NCBI GenBank assembly: GCA_964594155.1
Contig: CAZQLH010000005.1
Coordinates: 1 to 46,075 of the forward strand
Source: an uncultured Candidatus Saccharibacteria bacterium
Lineage (GTDB): Bacteria > Patescibacteriota > Minisyncoccia > Portnoybacterales > UBA2143
Direction of reading: 5' to 3'
DNA: 46,075 nucleotides
Within the stretch, counting starts at the first letter, position 1. Every line of letters begins with the position of its first letter. The position numbers and the translations under genes are program-made. Under the pieces are notes generated by a model. The model saw only the letters and a program-made list of their open reading frames with translations, was not told where the DNA came from and searched no databases. Of this stretch, positions 1 through 9,967 are shown one piece after another.

Positions 1-211
1 GTTTGGTCTTCCAGTTGCCAAATGGATCACTAATGAATTAAAAGATTTTACTTTTGATTTATTAAATGAACAAACTATTAAAAAACAAGAAATTTTTAAT
101 TATTCAGAAATTAGAAAAATATTAGATGAGCATTTAAATAAAAGAAATGATCATAGAAAAAAACTTTGGACCTTGTTAATGTTTCAGCAGTGGTACCAAC
201 AATGGAAATAA
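1..211 (+). CDS. asnB: Asparagine synthase (glutamine-hydrolysing)-like amidotransferase, C-terminal fragment (5' truncated by window)
   Basis: Frame 2 reads FGLPVAKWITNELK...DEHLNKRNDHRKKLWTLLMFQQWYQQWK*, the typical AsnB C-terminus; common in glycan clusters. Confidence 0.85.
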   Translation, partial: FGLPVAKWITNELKDFTFDLLNEQTIKKQEIFNYSEIRKILDEHLNKRNDHRKKLWTLLMFQQWYQQWK

Positions 212-212
212 T

Positions 213-1334
213 ATGAAATTAATATATTTAGCTAATGCAAGAATGCCAACAGAAAAAGCGCATGGAATTCAAATAATGAAAATGTGCGAGGCTTTTGCAT
301 TGTCTGGTCATCAAATAGAATTAATAGTGCCTTGGCGATTAAATCATTTAAAAGAAGATGTTTTTAAATATTATGGAATAGAGAAAAGCTTTGAAATTAA
401 AAAAATTCCTTCAGTTGATTTAATTGGCTTACCTTTTGGTTTTTGGATTCAAAGCATTAGTTTTTCCTTTTTTGTTTTTTTCTATTTATTATTTAGAAAA
501 GCAGATATTATTTATTCTCGCAATCCATTAGTTTTATCTTTTTTAGGATTGTTTAAGAAAAATATTGTTTATGAAATACATGCTGTTCCAAGAAATTTTT
601 TCGTTTATAAGTGGATTTTTAAAAAAGCCAAGGCAATTGTAGTAATTACTCAAGGCATTAAAGATTCTTTTATAAAAAGAGGAATAGATAATGATAAGAT
701 TTTAATTGCTCCAGATGGAGTTGATTTAGAGCAGTTTAATATTGAGGAATCACAGAAAGAATGTAGACAAAAATTAGGATTGCCTTTAGATAATAAATTG
801 GTTATTTATACTGGCCAGTTGTTTAAATGGAAAGGAGCTTACACTTTAGCTGAAGCAAGTAAATTTTTAGATGATAGTTTTAGAATTATTTTAGTTGGCG
901 GAATGAAAAAAGATATAATAGAATTAGAGAAATTCGTTCAAAAAGAAAAATTAGATAAAGTGATTATTCTTGGCCATCAAATGCCAGATTCAATCCCTTT
1001 TTATTTAAAATCAGCTGATGTTTTAGTTCTGCCAAACTCAGCTAAGTCAATTATTTCTCGAAAATGGACTTCGCCAATGAAAATGTTTGAATATATGACT
1101 AGTCAGCGTCCGATTATAGCTTCTGATTTACCTGCTTTAAGAGAAATTCTTAATCAAAATAATGCTTTTTTAGCAAGACCTGATGATGCTAAAGACTTAG
1201 CTAATAATATTAATCAGAGCTTGAGAAGCTCTGATTTTTCTGCTAAAATATCAAAACAAGCCTTTGAAGATGTGAAAAAATACACTTGGACAAAGAGATC
1301 TAAGAAAATTTTGTATTTTTTAAAAAATGGGTAA
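213..1334 (+). CDS. Glycosyltransferase family 4 (GT-B)
   Basis: 373 aa; PDGVD, ADVLVLP, SPMKMFEYM..PIIASD motifs. Confidence 0.9.
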   Translation: MKLIYLANARMPTEKAHGIQIMKMCEAFALSGHQIELIVPWRLNHLKEDVFKYYGIEKSFEIKKIPSVDLIGLPFGFWIQSISFSFFVFFYLLFRKADIIYSRNPLVLSFLGLFKKNIVYEIHAVPRNFFVYKWIFKKAKAIVVITQGIKDSFIKRGIDNDKILIAPDGVDLEQFNIEESQKECRQKLGLPLDNKLVIYTGQLFKWKGAYTLAEASKFLDDSFRIILVGGMKKDIIELEKFVQKEKLDKVIILGHQMPDSIPFYLKSADVLVLPNSAKSIISRKWTSPMKMFEYMTSQRPIIASDLPALREILNQNNAFLARPDDAKDLANNINQSLRSSDFSAKISKQAFEDVKKYTWTKRSKKILYFLKNG

Positions 1335-2070
1335 TAATTTTTCAAAATTTAGTATTTCAGCTTTTTTCCCTTGCTATAATGATAAAGGAACAATTGGTAA
1401 ATTAGTTAGAGATGTTTTTTTTGTCTTGAAAGAATTAATAGATGATTTTGAAGTGATTGTAATTGATGATGGCAGTACAGATGGCAGTAGGGATTTGTTG
1501 AAAGAATTAGAAAAGAAATATGATTTTCTAAAAGTGGTTTTTCATGAGAAAAATCAAGGATATGGCGGAGCTTTACAAAGCGGTTTTAAAACAGCAACTA
1601 AAGATTTAATTTTTTATACTGATGGTGATGCTCAATATGATGTTAAGGAATTGCCTTTATTGTATAAAAAAATGGATGATGATATAGATTTTGTTAATGG
1701 TTATAAAATTAAACGAAATGATCCTTGGTATCGAATAGTAATTGGTAAAATTTATCATTGGGTTATGAAATTACTTTTTGGTTTTAAGATTAGGGATGTT
1801 GATTGTGATTTTCGTATTATTCGACGTCGTGTTTTTAATGATATTGATTTAGAATATAAAAGTGGAGTTATTTGTGTAGAAATGATAACTAAATTTCATC
1901 AGGCGGGATTAAAATTTAATGAAGTTGGAGTGAGTCATTACAATCGTGAATATGGACATTCTCAGTTTTTTAATTTTCCTCGTTTATTTAAAGTGTTTAT
2001 TAACTTATTTAAACTTTGGTGGGAATTAATTCTTTCACAATTGTTTAAGAATAATAAAAGTGAAAAATAA
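1327..2070 (+). CDS. Glycosyltransferase family 2, DPM1/ArnC-like polyprenol-phosphate glycosyltransferase
   Basis: FFPCYND, IDDGSTDGS, NQGYGGAL, YTDGDAQY, DVDCDFR. Confidence 0.9.
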   Translation: MGNNFSKFSISAFFPCYNDKGTIGKLVRDVFFVLKELIDDFEVIVIDDGSTDGSRDLLKELEKKYDFLKVVFHEKNQGYGGALQSGFKTATKDLIFYTDGDAQYDVKELPLLYKKMDDDIDFVNGYKIKRNDPWYRIVIGKIYHWVMKLLFGFKIRDVDCDFRIIRRRVFNDIDLEYKSGVICVEMITKFHQAGLKFNEVGVSHYNREYGHSQFFNFPRLFKVFINLFKLWWELILSQLFKNNKSEK

Positions 2071-2073
2071 TTT

Positions 2074-2505
2074 ATGGTTAAAAAAATAAAAGTTAATAAT
2101 TCAAGTATTGTAAAATTACAATCTTTTGATGATTTCCCAGATGGGAATTTAATTATTGGCGAAGGCAATAAAAATATTCCTTTTGAAATTAAAAGATTTT
2201 ATTTTATTAACAATTTATTTAATTCCAAAGCTATAAGAGGGCGCCATGCTCATAAAAAAACAGAGCAAATTATTTTTTGCATTAATGGGTCTTTTGTTTT
2301 AGATTTAGATGACGGAATTAATACCCAAAGAATAACTCTTAAAGATCATTGTTATGGAATAAGATTAGGCGCTAAGTTATGGCATACAATGAGCAAGTTT
2401 TCCAAAGACTGCGTTATTTTAGTTATAGCCAATGATTACTATAAATCAGATGATTATATTAGGGTTTATGAGGATTTTTTAAAATATATTGATAAGAAAA
2501 AATGA
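2074..2505 (+). CDS. FdtA/QdtA-family cupin, dTDP-4-keto-6-deoxyhexose 3,4-ketoisomerase
   Basis: [26 protein letters not shown] motifs; next to a DegT aminotransferase. Confidence 0.85.
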   Translation: MVKKIKVNNSSIVKLQSFDDFPDGNLIIGEGNKNIPFEIKRFYFINNLFNSKAIRGRHAHKKTEQIIFCINGSFVLDLDDGINTQRITLKDHCYGIRLGAKLWHTMSKFSKDCVILVIANDYYKSDDYIRVYEDFLKYIDKKK

Positions 2506-3605
2506 TTCCTTTTGGTAATTTAAAGAAGCAGTATTTATCTATTCAAAAAGAAATAGATTTTGTTATTAAACAAATCCTTAATAAGGGTTGGTTTATTTTA
2601 GGAGAAAATGTAGAGAAATTTGAAAAAGAATTTGCTGAATATTGCGGGGTTAAATATGGAATAGGCGTAGCTAATGGAGTAGAAGCAATTCAGATTACTT
2701 TGATGAGTTTGGGCATTGGAGAAGGAGATGAGGTTATTACAGTAGCTAATTCCTGTTCAGCCACTGCCTTAGGTATTTATTTATCTGGAGCCAAGCCAGT
2801 TTATGTTGATATAAATCTTGATTCATATAATATTGATGTTTCTAAAATAGAAGAGAAAATTATTAAAAAAACCAAAGCTATTTTACCAGTTCATCTTTAT
2901 GGACAGGTTGCTCAAATGGATTCAATAAGTAAAATAGCAAAGAAATACAAGTTAAAAGTTGTTGAAGATGCTTGTCAGGCGCATGGAGCAGAGTATAAAA
3001 ATAGAAAAGCAGGATCTTTAGGTGATGCTGGATGCTTCAGTTTTTATCCGAGCAAGAATTTAGGAGCTTATGGCGATGGAGGAATGATTGTAACTGATAA
3101 TAAAAGATTAGCTGAAAAGTTGAAAAGATTAAGAAATTACGGCAAAGATAAAAAAGGTGAATTTTTAGAAAAAGGAATTAATAGTCGTTTAGATGAATTA
3201 CAAGCAGCTATTTTAAGAATAAAATTAAAATATCTTGACAAATGGATTAAACAAAGAAGATATTTAGCTGATTTGTATAATAATTATTTAAAAAATTCTG
3301 TAATGATCCTTCCGAAAGAAAACAAAGATTCTTTTCATAATTATCATTTATACGTTATACGATCTAAAAAAAGAAATCAATTAATGAATTTTTTAAAGAA
3401 AAAAGGAATACAAACAGCAATTCATTATCCAAAAGTGACTTATTTAGAAAAAGCCTATCAAGATTCTAAATTTAAGAAAGGAATTTGTCCAATAGCTGAA
3501 AAATACAGTCAAGAAATTCTTTCTTTGCCTATTTATCCAGAATTAACTAATCAAGAAATTAAAATAATATCTAAAACTATTCTCAAATTTAATTATGTTA
3601 AATAA
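2502..3605 (+). CDS. DegT/DnrJ/EryC1/StrS PLP sugar aminotransferase (FdtB-like)
   Basis: [42 protein letters not shown]. Confidence 0.92.
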   Translation: MIPFGNLKKQYLSIQKEIDFVIKQILNKGWFILGENVEKFEKEFAEYCGVKYGIGVANGVEAIQITLMSLGIGEGDEVITVANSCSATALGIYLSGAKPVYVDINLDSYNIDVSKIEEKIIKKTKAILPVHLYGQVAQMDSISKIAKKYKLKVVEDACQAHGAEYKNRKAGSLGDAGCFSFYPSKNLGAYGDGGMIVTDNKRLAEKLKRLRNYGKDKKGEFLEKGINSRLDELQAAILRIKLKYLDKWIKQRRYLADLYNNYLKNSVMILPKENKDSFHNYHLYVIRSKKRNQLMNFLKKKGIQTAIHYPKVTYLEKAYQDSKFKKGICPIAEKYSQEILSLPIYPELTNQEIKIISKTILKFNYVK

Positions 3606-3960
3606 ATCAATATTAATTCTATTACTTTCTATTATAGCTGGAGTAATAGCTCAATTAGTTTTAAAAAAGGGAACTTTTGGGCTATCTAATTTTTCTATAT
3701 CAAATCTAATTCCTTTTATTAAAAGCATACTAACAAATTACTATTTTATATCATGGGTATTATTCGGTGGAATTAGCGCTTTTTTATGGCTATTAGCAGT
3801 TTCTAATTTTGATTTAAGTTTTGTTTTTCCAATTTATCAAGCAGGAAGCATTATTTTAATTGTTATTCTTTCATTAGTATTTTTCTCAGAAACTGTTTCT
3901 GTTTATCAATGGACAGGAATTTTTTTAATCATTATAGGAATATTTTTAATGGGAAAATAA
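3595..3960 (+). CDS. Small 4-TM EamA/SMR-type transporter (ArnE/ArnF-like flippase candidate)
   Basis: 121 aa, four hydrophobic segments; [26 protein letters not shown]. Confidence 0.75.
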   Translation: MLNKSILILLLSIIAGVIAQLVLKKGTFGLSNFSISNLIPFIKSILTNYYFISWVLFGGISAFLWLLAVSNFDLSFVFPIYQAGSIILIVILSLVFFSETVSVYQWTGIFLIIIGIFLMGK

Positions 3961-3961
3961 G

Positions 3962-4573
3962 ATGGATGATATTTATTCTGAACTTAAAAAAAGATATAAG
4001 AAATTAGGTTTTTTTAGTTATCTTTATTTTATTATTCGTTGGCAATTAGTTAATTTTAATAAAATCGAAAAGTTAATTTCAAAAAGTGGCAATATTTTAG
4101 ATTTTGGCTGCGGGATAGGCATTCTATCAAATCTTTTAGCATTAACTTCTAAAGAAAGAAAAGTAGTTGGAATAGATAATAATAGGAAAGCAATTATGAA
4201 AGGAGAAAAAGTTGGTAAAGATATTGAAAACATTAATTTTATTAATAGTATTAATAAAACAGAAAAAAAATTTAAGGATATTATTTTAATAGATGTTTTG
4301 CATCATATTCCATATAAAAAACAAAAAGAAATACTTATAAATTTAAAAGAAAGACTTGATATAAATGGCAAATTAATTATTCAAGATATTGATAAAAATT
4401 CTTTTCCGAAATATTTAATAGGTTATTTAATTGATGTTATTCGTTGTGGTAGAAAGAATATTTTTTATCGAAGCAAGAATCAGTTTATTAGTTTATTAAA
4501 AGAATTAGGTTTTAAGGTAAGAATTTTATCAAATAATAGAATTGCTCATATAACTTTTATTGTTTATGAATAA
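3962..4573 (+). CDS. Class I SAM-dependent methyltransferase
   Basis: ILDFGCGIG, VGID, DVLHHIP. Confidence 0.85.
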   Translation: MDDIYSELKKRYKKLGFFSYLYFIIRWQLVNFNKIEKLISKSGNILDFGCGIGILSNLLALTSKERKVVGIDNNRKAIMKGEKVGKDIENINFINSINKTEKKFKDIILIDVLHHIPYKKQKEILINLKERLDINGKLIIQDIDKNSFPKYLIGYLIDVIRCGRKNIFYRSKNQFISLLKELGFKVRILSNNRIAHITFIVYE

Positions 4574-5993
4574 ATATAAAATAATTTTGATTAGTCCGCC
4601 TCTATCACCAGAAAAACAGGCTGGTAAATTAGCTAGCATTGCTAATATTCAACCTACTTTAGGCATTGGATATATAGCTTCTGTATTGCTTAAAAATAAT
4701 TTTGATGTTGAAATTATTGATTGTTATTTAAAAAACTATACATTTGACCAAGTAGGCGAATTAATTAACCAAAAAAAACCGGATGCTATAGGAATAACTT
4801 CAACTATAATAAATATTGATGATTCTTTAAAAATGGCTGAATATTTAAAAGAGAGTTTTCCTAAAATTACTTTAGTTGTTGGAGGACCTCAATTAACTGC
4901 AGATATTAAAGGCACATTTAGAAATAGTGAATTTGATTTTGGAATTTATGGAGAGGGAGAATATGCAGCTTTAGAATTATTTCAAAGCTTAAGAGATGAA
5001 AATAGTAACTTTAATTCTATTCCCAATCTTGTTTGGCGCAAAGGAAAAGAAATTATTATTAATCCTGTTCGTCCATATATTATTAATCTTGATGAATTGC
5101 CATTTCCTGCTCGTCATCTTTATCCTCATATTAAGGAATACAAACCAGTTCCAGCATCTTACAAAAGATTGCCAGTTGGACAGATGATTACTAGTCGAGG
5201 ATGTCCTAATCAATGTATTTTTTGCGATAGAAGTGTTTTTGGTAATTATTATCGCGCTCATAGCGCTGAATATGTTTTAAATGAAATAGAAAATTTAATT
5301 AATAATTATGGCGCAAAGGAAATTAGATTTATGGACGATACTTTTTCATTATTACCTGAAAGAGTTGAGAAAATTTGTCAAGGAATTCATGATCGTAAAT
5401 TAGATATTACTTGGTCTTGTTTAACCAGAGTAGATAGAGTTAATTTGGAATTACTTAAAAAAATGAAAAAAGCTGGTTGTTGGCAAGTTATTTTTGGTTT
5501 AGAAACAGGCGATCCTGAAATATTGAAAATTGTCAAAAAGGGAACAACATTAGAACAAGCTAAGAAAGCAGTTAAATGGACTAAACAGGCTGGTATAGAA
5601 ACAAGGGCTACTTTTATTCTCGGGCTTCCAGGAGAAAATACAAAGACTATTAAAAGAACAGTAAATTTTGCCAAAGAATTAGATTTAGACGTTGTTAATT
5701 TTTTTACAGTTGTTCTTTATCCAGGAAATGAATTATATAAAATTGCTAAAAAAGAAGGAAAGATTTTACATACTCAATATGATCAATATACATCATTAAT
5801 AGATACAAATAGCACTAAACTTCATTATCTTCCAGAAGGCATGACAGAAAAAGATCTTAAAAAAGCTGTTTCTTGGGCATATCATAGTTATTATTTAAGG
5901 CCATTATTTTTAATTAAGAAGATTTTGAGAATTAGAAGTATAGATGATATTAAAAGATATTGGAATGCGCTTAATGCTATTATTAGTATTTAA
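4566..5993 (+). CDS. B12-binding-domain radical SAM protein
   Basis: N-terminal LGIGYIAS..VGGP..GEGE cobalamin-type domain; SRGCPNQCIFC; ATG at 4566 preferred over TTG at 4560. Confidence 0.9.
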   Translation: MNKYKIILISPPLSPEKQAGKLASIANIQPTLGIGYIASVLLKNNFDVEIIDCYLKNYTFDQVGELINQKKPDAIGITSTIINIDDSLKMAEYLKESFPKITLVVGGPQLTADIKGTFRNSEFDFGIYGEGEYAALELFQSLRDENSNFNSIPNLVWRKGKEIIINPVRPYIINLDELPFPARHLYPHIKEYKPVPASYKRLPVGQMITSRGCPNQCIFCDRSVFGNYYRAHSAEYVLNEIENLINNYGAKEIRFMDDTFSLLPERVEKICQGIHDRKLDITWSCLTRVDRVNLELLKKMKKAGCWQVIFGLETGDPEILKIVKKGTTLEQAKKAVKWTKQAGIETRATFILGLPGENTKTIKRTVNFAKELDLDVVNFFTVVLYPGNELYKIAKKEGKILHTQYDQYTSLIDTNSTKLHYLPEGMTEKDLKKAVSWAYHSYYLRPLFLIKKILRIRSIDDIKRYWNALNAIISI

Positions 5994-5995
5994 AC

Positions 5996-7099
5996 ATGGA
6001 AATAGTTAAAAAACTAAAAAGAGAATTGAATAATATTAGGATGCTTAATGCATATTCTTGGCGGGATTTATTTCAGCAAGTTTATCTTTTTCCTTTTGAT
6101 TATTATTTAAGAAAAGACTGTAAGAGTTCATCAGTAAAAAATATTGCTTTATTTGTAACTTTAAAATGCAATGCTAAATGCAGGATGTGTAATATCTATG
6201 AACTTTTAAATAATAAGGATTATAAGGAGCCAAGTTTTAAATGGATTAGTAGTTTTATCAATTCAGTTAAAAAGGAAAGACCAGGGATAATTCTTTTTGG
6301 AGGAGAGCCATTTGTTAGACCTGATATTTTTAAAATTATTTCTCTGGTTAAAAGTAGTAAAATGTCCTGCGGGATATTTACTAACGGCATCTTATTAAAC
6401 CGAGAAAAGATAAATAAATTAAATGATTTAAAATTAAACTATTTAATTTTTTCGCTTCAGGGTTCTAAAGAGGTTCATAATAAAATAGTTGAAATACCAA
6501 ATGCTTTTGATAAGATAATAAAAAATATAGAGCACTTTACTTCTTTGAAAAATAGAAACACTAAGGTAATTATTCACAGTACTATTTCAGAGGATAATTT
6601 AAATTCTTTAGAAAGCATTATTAAATTAAGTAGAGAATTAAAAGTAGATGGTTTTCGCTTCGGTCATCCTACTTTTTTTACTGAAAAAGATATTAAAAGA
6701 AATAATATTTCCTGCCAAAATATTTTTCCAGGAGAAAATATTAAAGGAATTAGTTATTCATATAATCCTAAAGAAAAAAGCAAAGAGTTTATTAGTAAAA
6801 TCATTGAAATTAAAAAAAAGTATCCTGAAATTGTTTTTTCTCCAGAATTAAGTGAAGAAGAAATCAAAGATTGGTATTCACCTAATTTTAAATCAAAAAG
6901 AAAATGCCATTTTGTTTGGCGTGGCGCATTTGTTTATCCTAATGGAGATGTTTGTCCATGTGAATCATTTTACTATCCAATGGGGAATATTAATCAAGAA
7001 AGTTTTAGTAATGTTTGGAATAATAAAAAATATCGTAATTTTAGAAAACAATTAAAAAAAGGATTGCTTCCAGGTTGTGTCCGTTGTTGTAAACTTTAA
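5996..7099 (+). CDS. Radical SAM protein with SPASM/twitch domain
   Basis: CNAKCRMC, GGEPF, C-terminal CHFVW..PNGDVCPC..GNI..CVRCC. Confidence 0.9.
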   Translation: MEIVKKLKRELNNIRMLNAYSWRDLFQQVYLFPFDYYLRKDCKSSSVKNIALFVTLKCNAKCRMCNIYELLNNKDYKEPSFKWISSFINSVKKERPGIILFGGEPFVRPDIFKIISLVKSSKMSCGIFTNGILLNREKINKLNDLKLNYLIFSLQGSKEVHNKIVEIPNAFDKIIKNIEHFTSLKNRNTKVIIHSTISEDNLNSLESIIKLSRELKVDGFRFGHPTFFTEKDIKRNNISCQNIFPGENIKGISYSYNPKEKSKEFISKIIEIKKKYPEIVFSPELSEEEIKDWYSPNFKSKRKCHFVWRGAFVYPNGDVCPCESFYYPMGNINQESFSNVWNNKKYRNFRKQLKKGLLPGCVRCCKL

Positions 7100-7103
7100 A
7101 TAA

Positions 7104-8807
7104 ATGAATTTTTTAAAAAACAATTATTTATTAATAATAGGCATATTAATTATTGGTATTTATTCTTTATCTCCTCAATTAATTTTTGAGAAAAAATTAG
7201 GGAATAATTATCAAGGAATATATTTTTCAGCTACTGATGCTGAGCTTTATTATACTTCTCGAGTTCAGGAAATAAAGGATGGTTATTATGGAATGGGTAA
7301 TTCTTATCTTTATGAAAATAAAACCGATCCTTATTTAGCGCCTCCAATAGGAGAAATAATTATGAATGGCTTTGGTAAGTTATTCGGCTTAACCACGCTT
7401 CAGATTATGATTTATGGCTCAAGGTTCTTTTTTCCTATATTAATATGGTTAGTTATGTATCTTTTTATTTTGGTTTTACAAAAAGATAGAAAGACCGCTT
7501 TTTTAGTTTCTTTAGCTATATTTTTATGTTCTAATTTAGTTTATAATCCTCAAGATTTAATTAATATTTTTAAAGTATTTGGCAGCTTTACTTTTAGCCC
7601 TTATTTGCGCCCGATTAATCCTCAGATAAGTTCCTTGTTCTTTTTTTCATTTTTAATCTCTTTTTATTTATCTTTAGATAAAAAGAAAGTATATTTGTGG
7701 ATTTTGTCAGCTTTATTTTTCGGTTTAAGTTTTTACATTTATTTTTATACTTGGGCTTTTATTATTACTTTTATTGGCTTGCTTATCTTATTTTTTATCT
7801 GGAAAAAGAAATTTGACTTGTTAAAGATTGCTATTAAAGTTTTATTTGGAGGAATAGTTGTTTCATTGCCTTATTGGATTATGCTTTTTAAAGCATTCCA
7901 AACATCTCAATTTGGTTATTCAGTCAATAATCAAGGGATGATTATGGCTCATACTTTAATTTTAAGCAAAGTGGCTTTATTAACTATTGTTTTTTATTGG
8001 CTGACTTTTAAAATTCTTAAGCTATCTGAAAATCTAAATCATTATTTCTTGCTTTCTCTGTCTTTAACCACTATTATTGTAGTCAATCAACAGATAATAA
8101 CTGGTCGAGAATTATATCATGGCCATTTTCATTGGTATTATAATGTGCCAGTCTTTATTATTATTTCTATTATTTGTTTAGATTTATTGATTAAAAAGTT
8201 TTTACCTAAATTTAAAAATATAATATTTTCTTTATTAGTTATTTTGATAATTTATAATGGAGCTGTAGTTTGCTATAATAGTTTTGTTTATCGTTTTGAT
8301 CATTATGTTCAATTGCAGAAATATGGGCCAATAGTTGATTGGATAAATAGTAATCTTCTAAAAGATGAAGTAGTGGTTTCTGATGATTTGCTTTTGGATT
8401 CTATAATTCCTGCTTATACTTCAGCTAATGTTTATTTAGCTGAACAAGCATCTTGGTATTTTGCGTTTCAAAAAAGAATAGAACATAATTATTTTATTTA
8501 TCTTTGGATGAAAGGAATTTCAGTAGAAGAGATAGATAAATATTTGATTGAAAATAAAATAGAAATATCAATGATGTCTAGTTTGGATTTGCCTGGCAAG
8601 CATTATATTTGCACTAAATGCGTTACTCCAGAAATGATTCAATATTTGTCTGAAAGATATATTGAGTTTTCTAAAAACGGATTTTTAAATGAACTTAATA
8701 AATACAGGGCAGATTATATAATTTCTGAAAGTGATGTTTTAAAACTATACAGCTCTATAAAGCCAATTAATGAAATTAATGGATTTGTGATTTATAAGAT
8801 TAATTAA
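7104..8807 (+). CDS. Polytopic membrane protein, probable GT-C-fold glycosyltransferase
   Basis: About 12 TM segments, acidic first loop (DAELYY), soluble C-terminal domain; context. Confidence 0.55.
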   Translation: MNFLKNNYLLIIGILIIGIYSLSPQLIFEKKLGNNYQGIYFSATDAELYYTSRVQEIKDGYYGMGNSYLYENKTDPYLAPPIGEIIMNGFGKLFGLTTLQIMIYGSRFFFPILIWLVMYLFILVLQKDRKTAFLVSLAIFLCSNLVYNPQDLINIFKVFGSFTFSPYLRPINPQISSLFFFSFLISFYLSLDKKKVYLWILSALFFGLSFYIYFYTWAFIITFIGLLILFFIWKKKFDLLKIAIKVLFGGIVVSLPYWIMLFKAFQTSQFGYSVNNQGMIMAHTLILSKVALLTIVFYWLTFKILKLSENLNHYFLLSLSLTTIIVVNQQIITGRELYHGHFHWYYNVPVFIIISIICLDLLIKKFLPKFKNIIFSLLVILIIYNGAVVCYNSFVYRFDHYVQLQKYGPIVDWINSNLLKDEVVVSDDLLLDSIIPAYTSANVYLAEQASWYFAFQKRIEHNYFIYLWMKGISVEEIDKYLIENKIEISMMSSLDLPGKHYICTKCVTPEMIQYLSERYIEFSKNGFLNELNKYRADYIISESDVLKLYSSIKPINEINGFVIYKIN

Positions 8808-9967
8808 TGATTAAATTTACAAGACAATATATAGAAAATATATTATTTGTTGTTTTTAGTTTCTTATTGTCTCCATTTTTTTATGGAATGGCTTTTTTGC
8901 ATAAGATTAAGAAAAGAAAGCAATTAAAAATTTTAGTTATTCCGCCAGTTAAAATAGGTGATTTGGTTTGTTCTACACCGGTTTTTAGAGAAATTAAAAA
9001 AAAATTTCCAAAAAGTCATTTGGATGTAGTTCTTTTAGCTGACGCAGATAGAAAAAATACTTCTTATCAGCTTATTAAATACAATCCATATATTAGTGAT
9101 ATTATTCTATTAGAAAAAAGTAATGTTTTAGGATTAATCAGGAAAATACGCAAGAGAAAATATACATGGAGTATTGTTTTAACTAGAGGAACTATGGAAA
9201 GAATAATTCCTTTTTGGTCAGCTATTCCTAATAGAGTGATAAGTATTTCTAAATATGAGAATAAATCTTCAAAAATACTTAGATTCAGCGGGAATTATAA
9301 GCTGGAGATTAAACTACATACTTTAGCTTTGAGACATTATTTAGATTTATTGAAATTTTTAGGTATTGATAAATTTGATGAAAAAAAAGAGATATTTGTC
9401 AGTCAAGTTGAAGAAAAAATAGTCGGGCAATTCTTAGAAAAGAATAATCTTAATGCTGATGATTTGTTAATAGGTATTGCTATTACAGCTGGCAATAAAT
9501 TAAAGGAGTGGTCTAAAGAAAAGTTTGCCCAATTAGCTGATAAATTGGTTCAAGAATTGCAGGCCAAAGTTATTTTTATTGGCAGTTCTAGTGATAAAAA
9601 AGATATTTCTTTTGTTCAGTCCATAATGAAAGAAAAAAGCATTGATTCTAGTCAAAACTTTGATTTAATTGAATTAGCTGTTTTGCTAAAATACTTAAAA
9701 TTATTCATTAGCGTTGATACAGGCCCTCTTTATATGGCTAACGCTATGGGAACACCAGTAGTAGATATAGCTGGCCCAATTGATATTTATGAACAGCCGC
9801 CTCTGGGTGATAAATGTGAAATTGTCCAAAAAGATTTGCCTTGTCTGCCTTGTTCTTTTGTTATAAAAACAGCTCGTTTCTGCAAGCATAAGCATCTTAA
9901 ATGCGTTAAAGATATTTCAGTAGATGATGTTTGGCAAGCAGTTAATAAATTAATTAAAAATAAATGA
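8807..9967 (+). CDS. Glycosyltransferase family 9 (heptosyltransferase-like)
   Basis: IGDLV..TP, KEW..EKF, VDTGPLYMA.AMGTP, C-terminal CLPC..C..C. Confidence 0.88.
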   Translation: MIKFTRQYIENILFVVFSFLLSPFFYGMAFLHKIKKRKQLKILVIPPVKIGDLVCSTPVFREIKKKFPKSHLDVVLLADADRKNTSYQLIKYNPYISDIILLEKSNVLGLIRKIRKRKYTWSIVLTRGTMERIIPFWSAIPNRVISISKYENKSSKILRFSGNYKLEIKLHTLALRHYLDLLKFLGIDKFDEKKEIFVSQVEEKIVGQFLEKNNLNADDLLIGIAITAGNKLKEWSKEKFAQLADKLVQELQAKVIFIGSSSDKKDISFVQSIMKEKSIDSSQNFDLIELAVLLKYLKLFISVDTGPLYMANAMGTPVVDIAGPIDIYEQPPLGDKCEIVQKDLPCLPCSFVIKTARFCKHKHLKCVKDISVDDVWQAVNKLIKNK

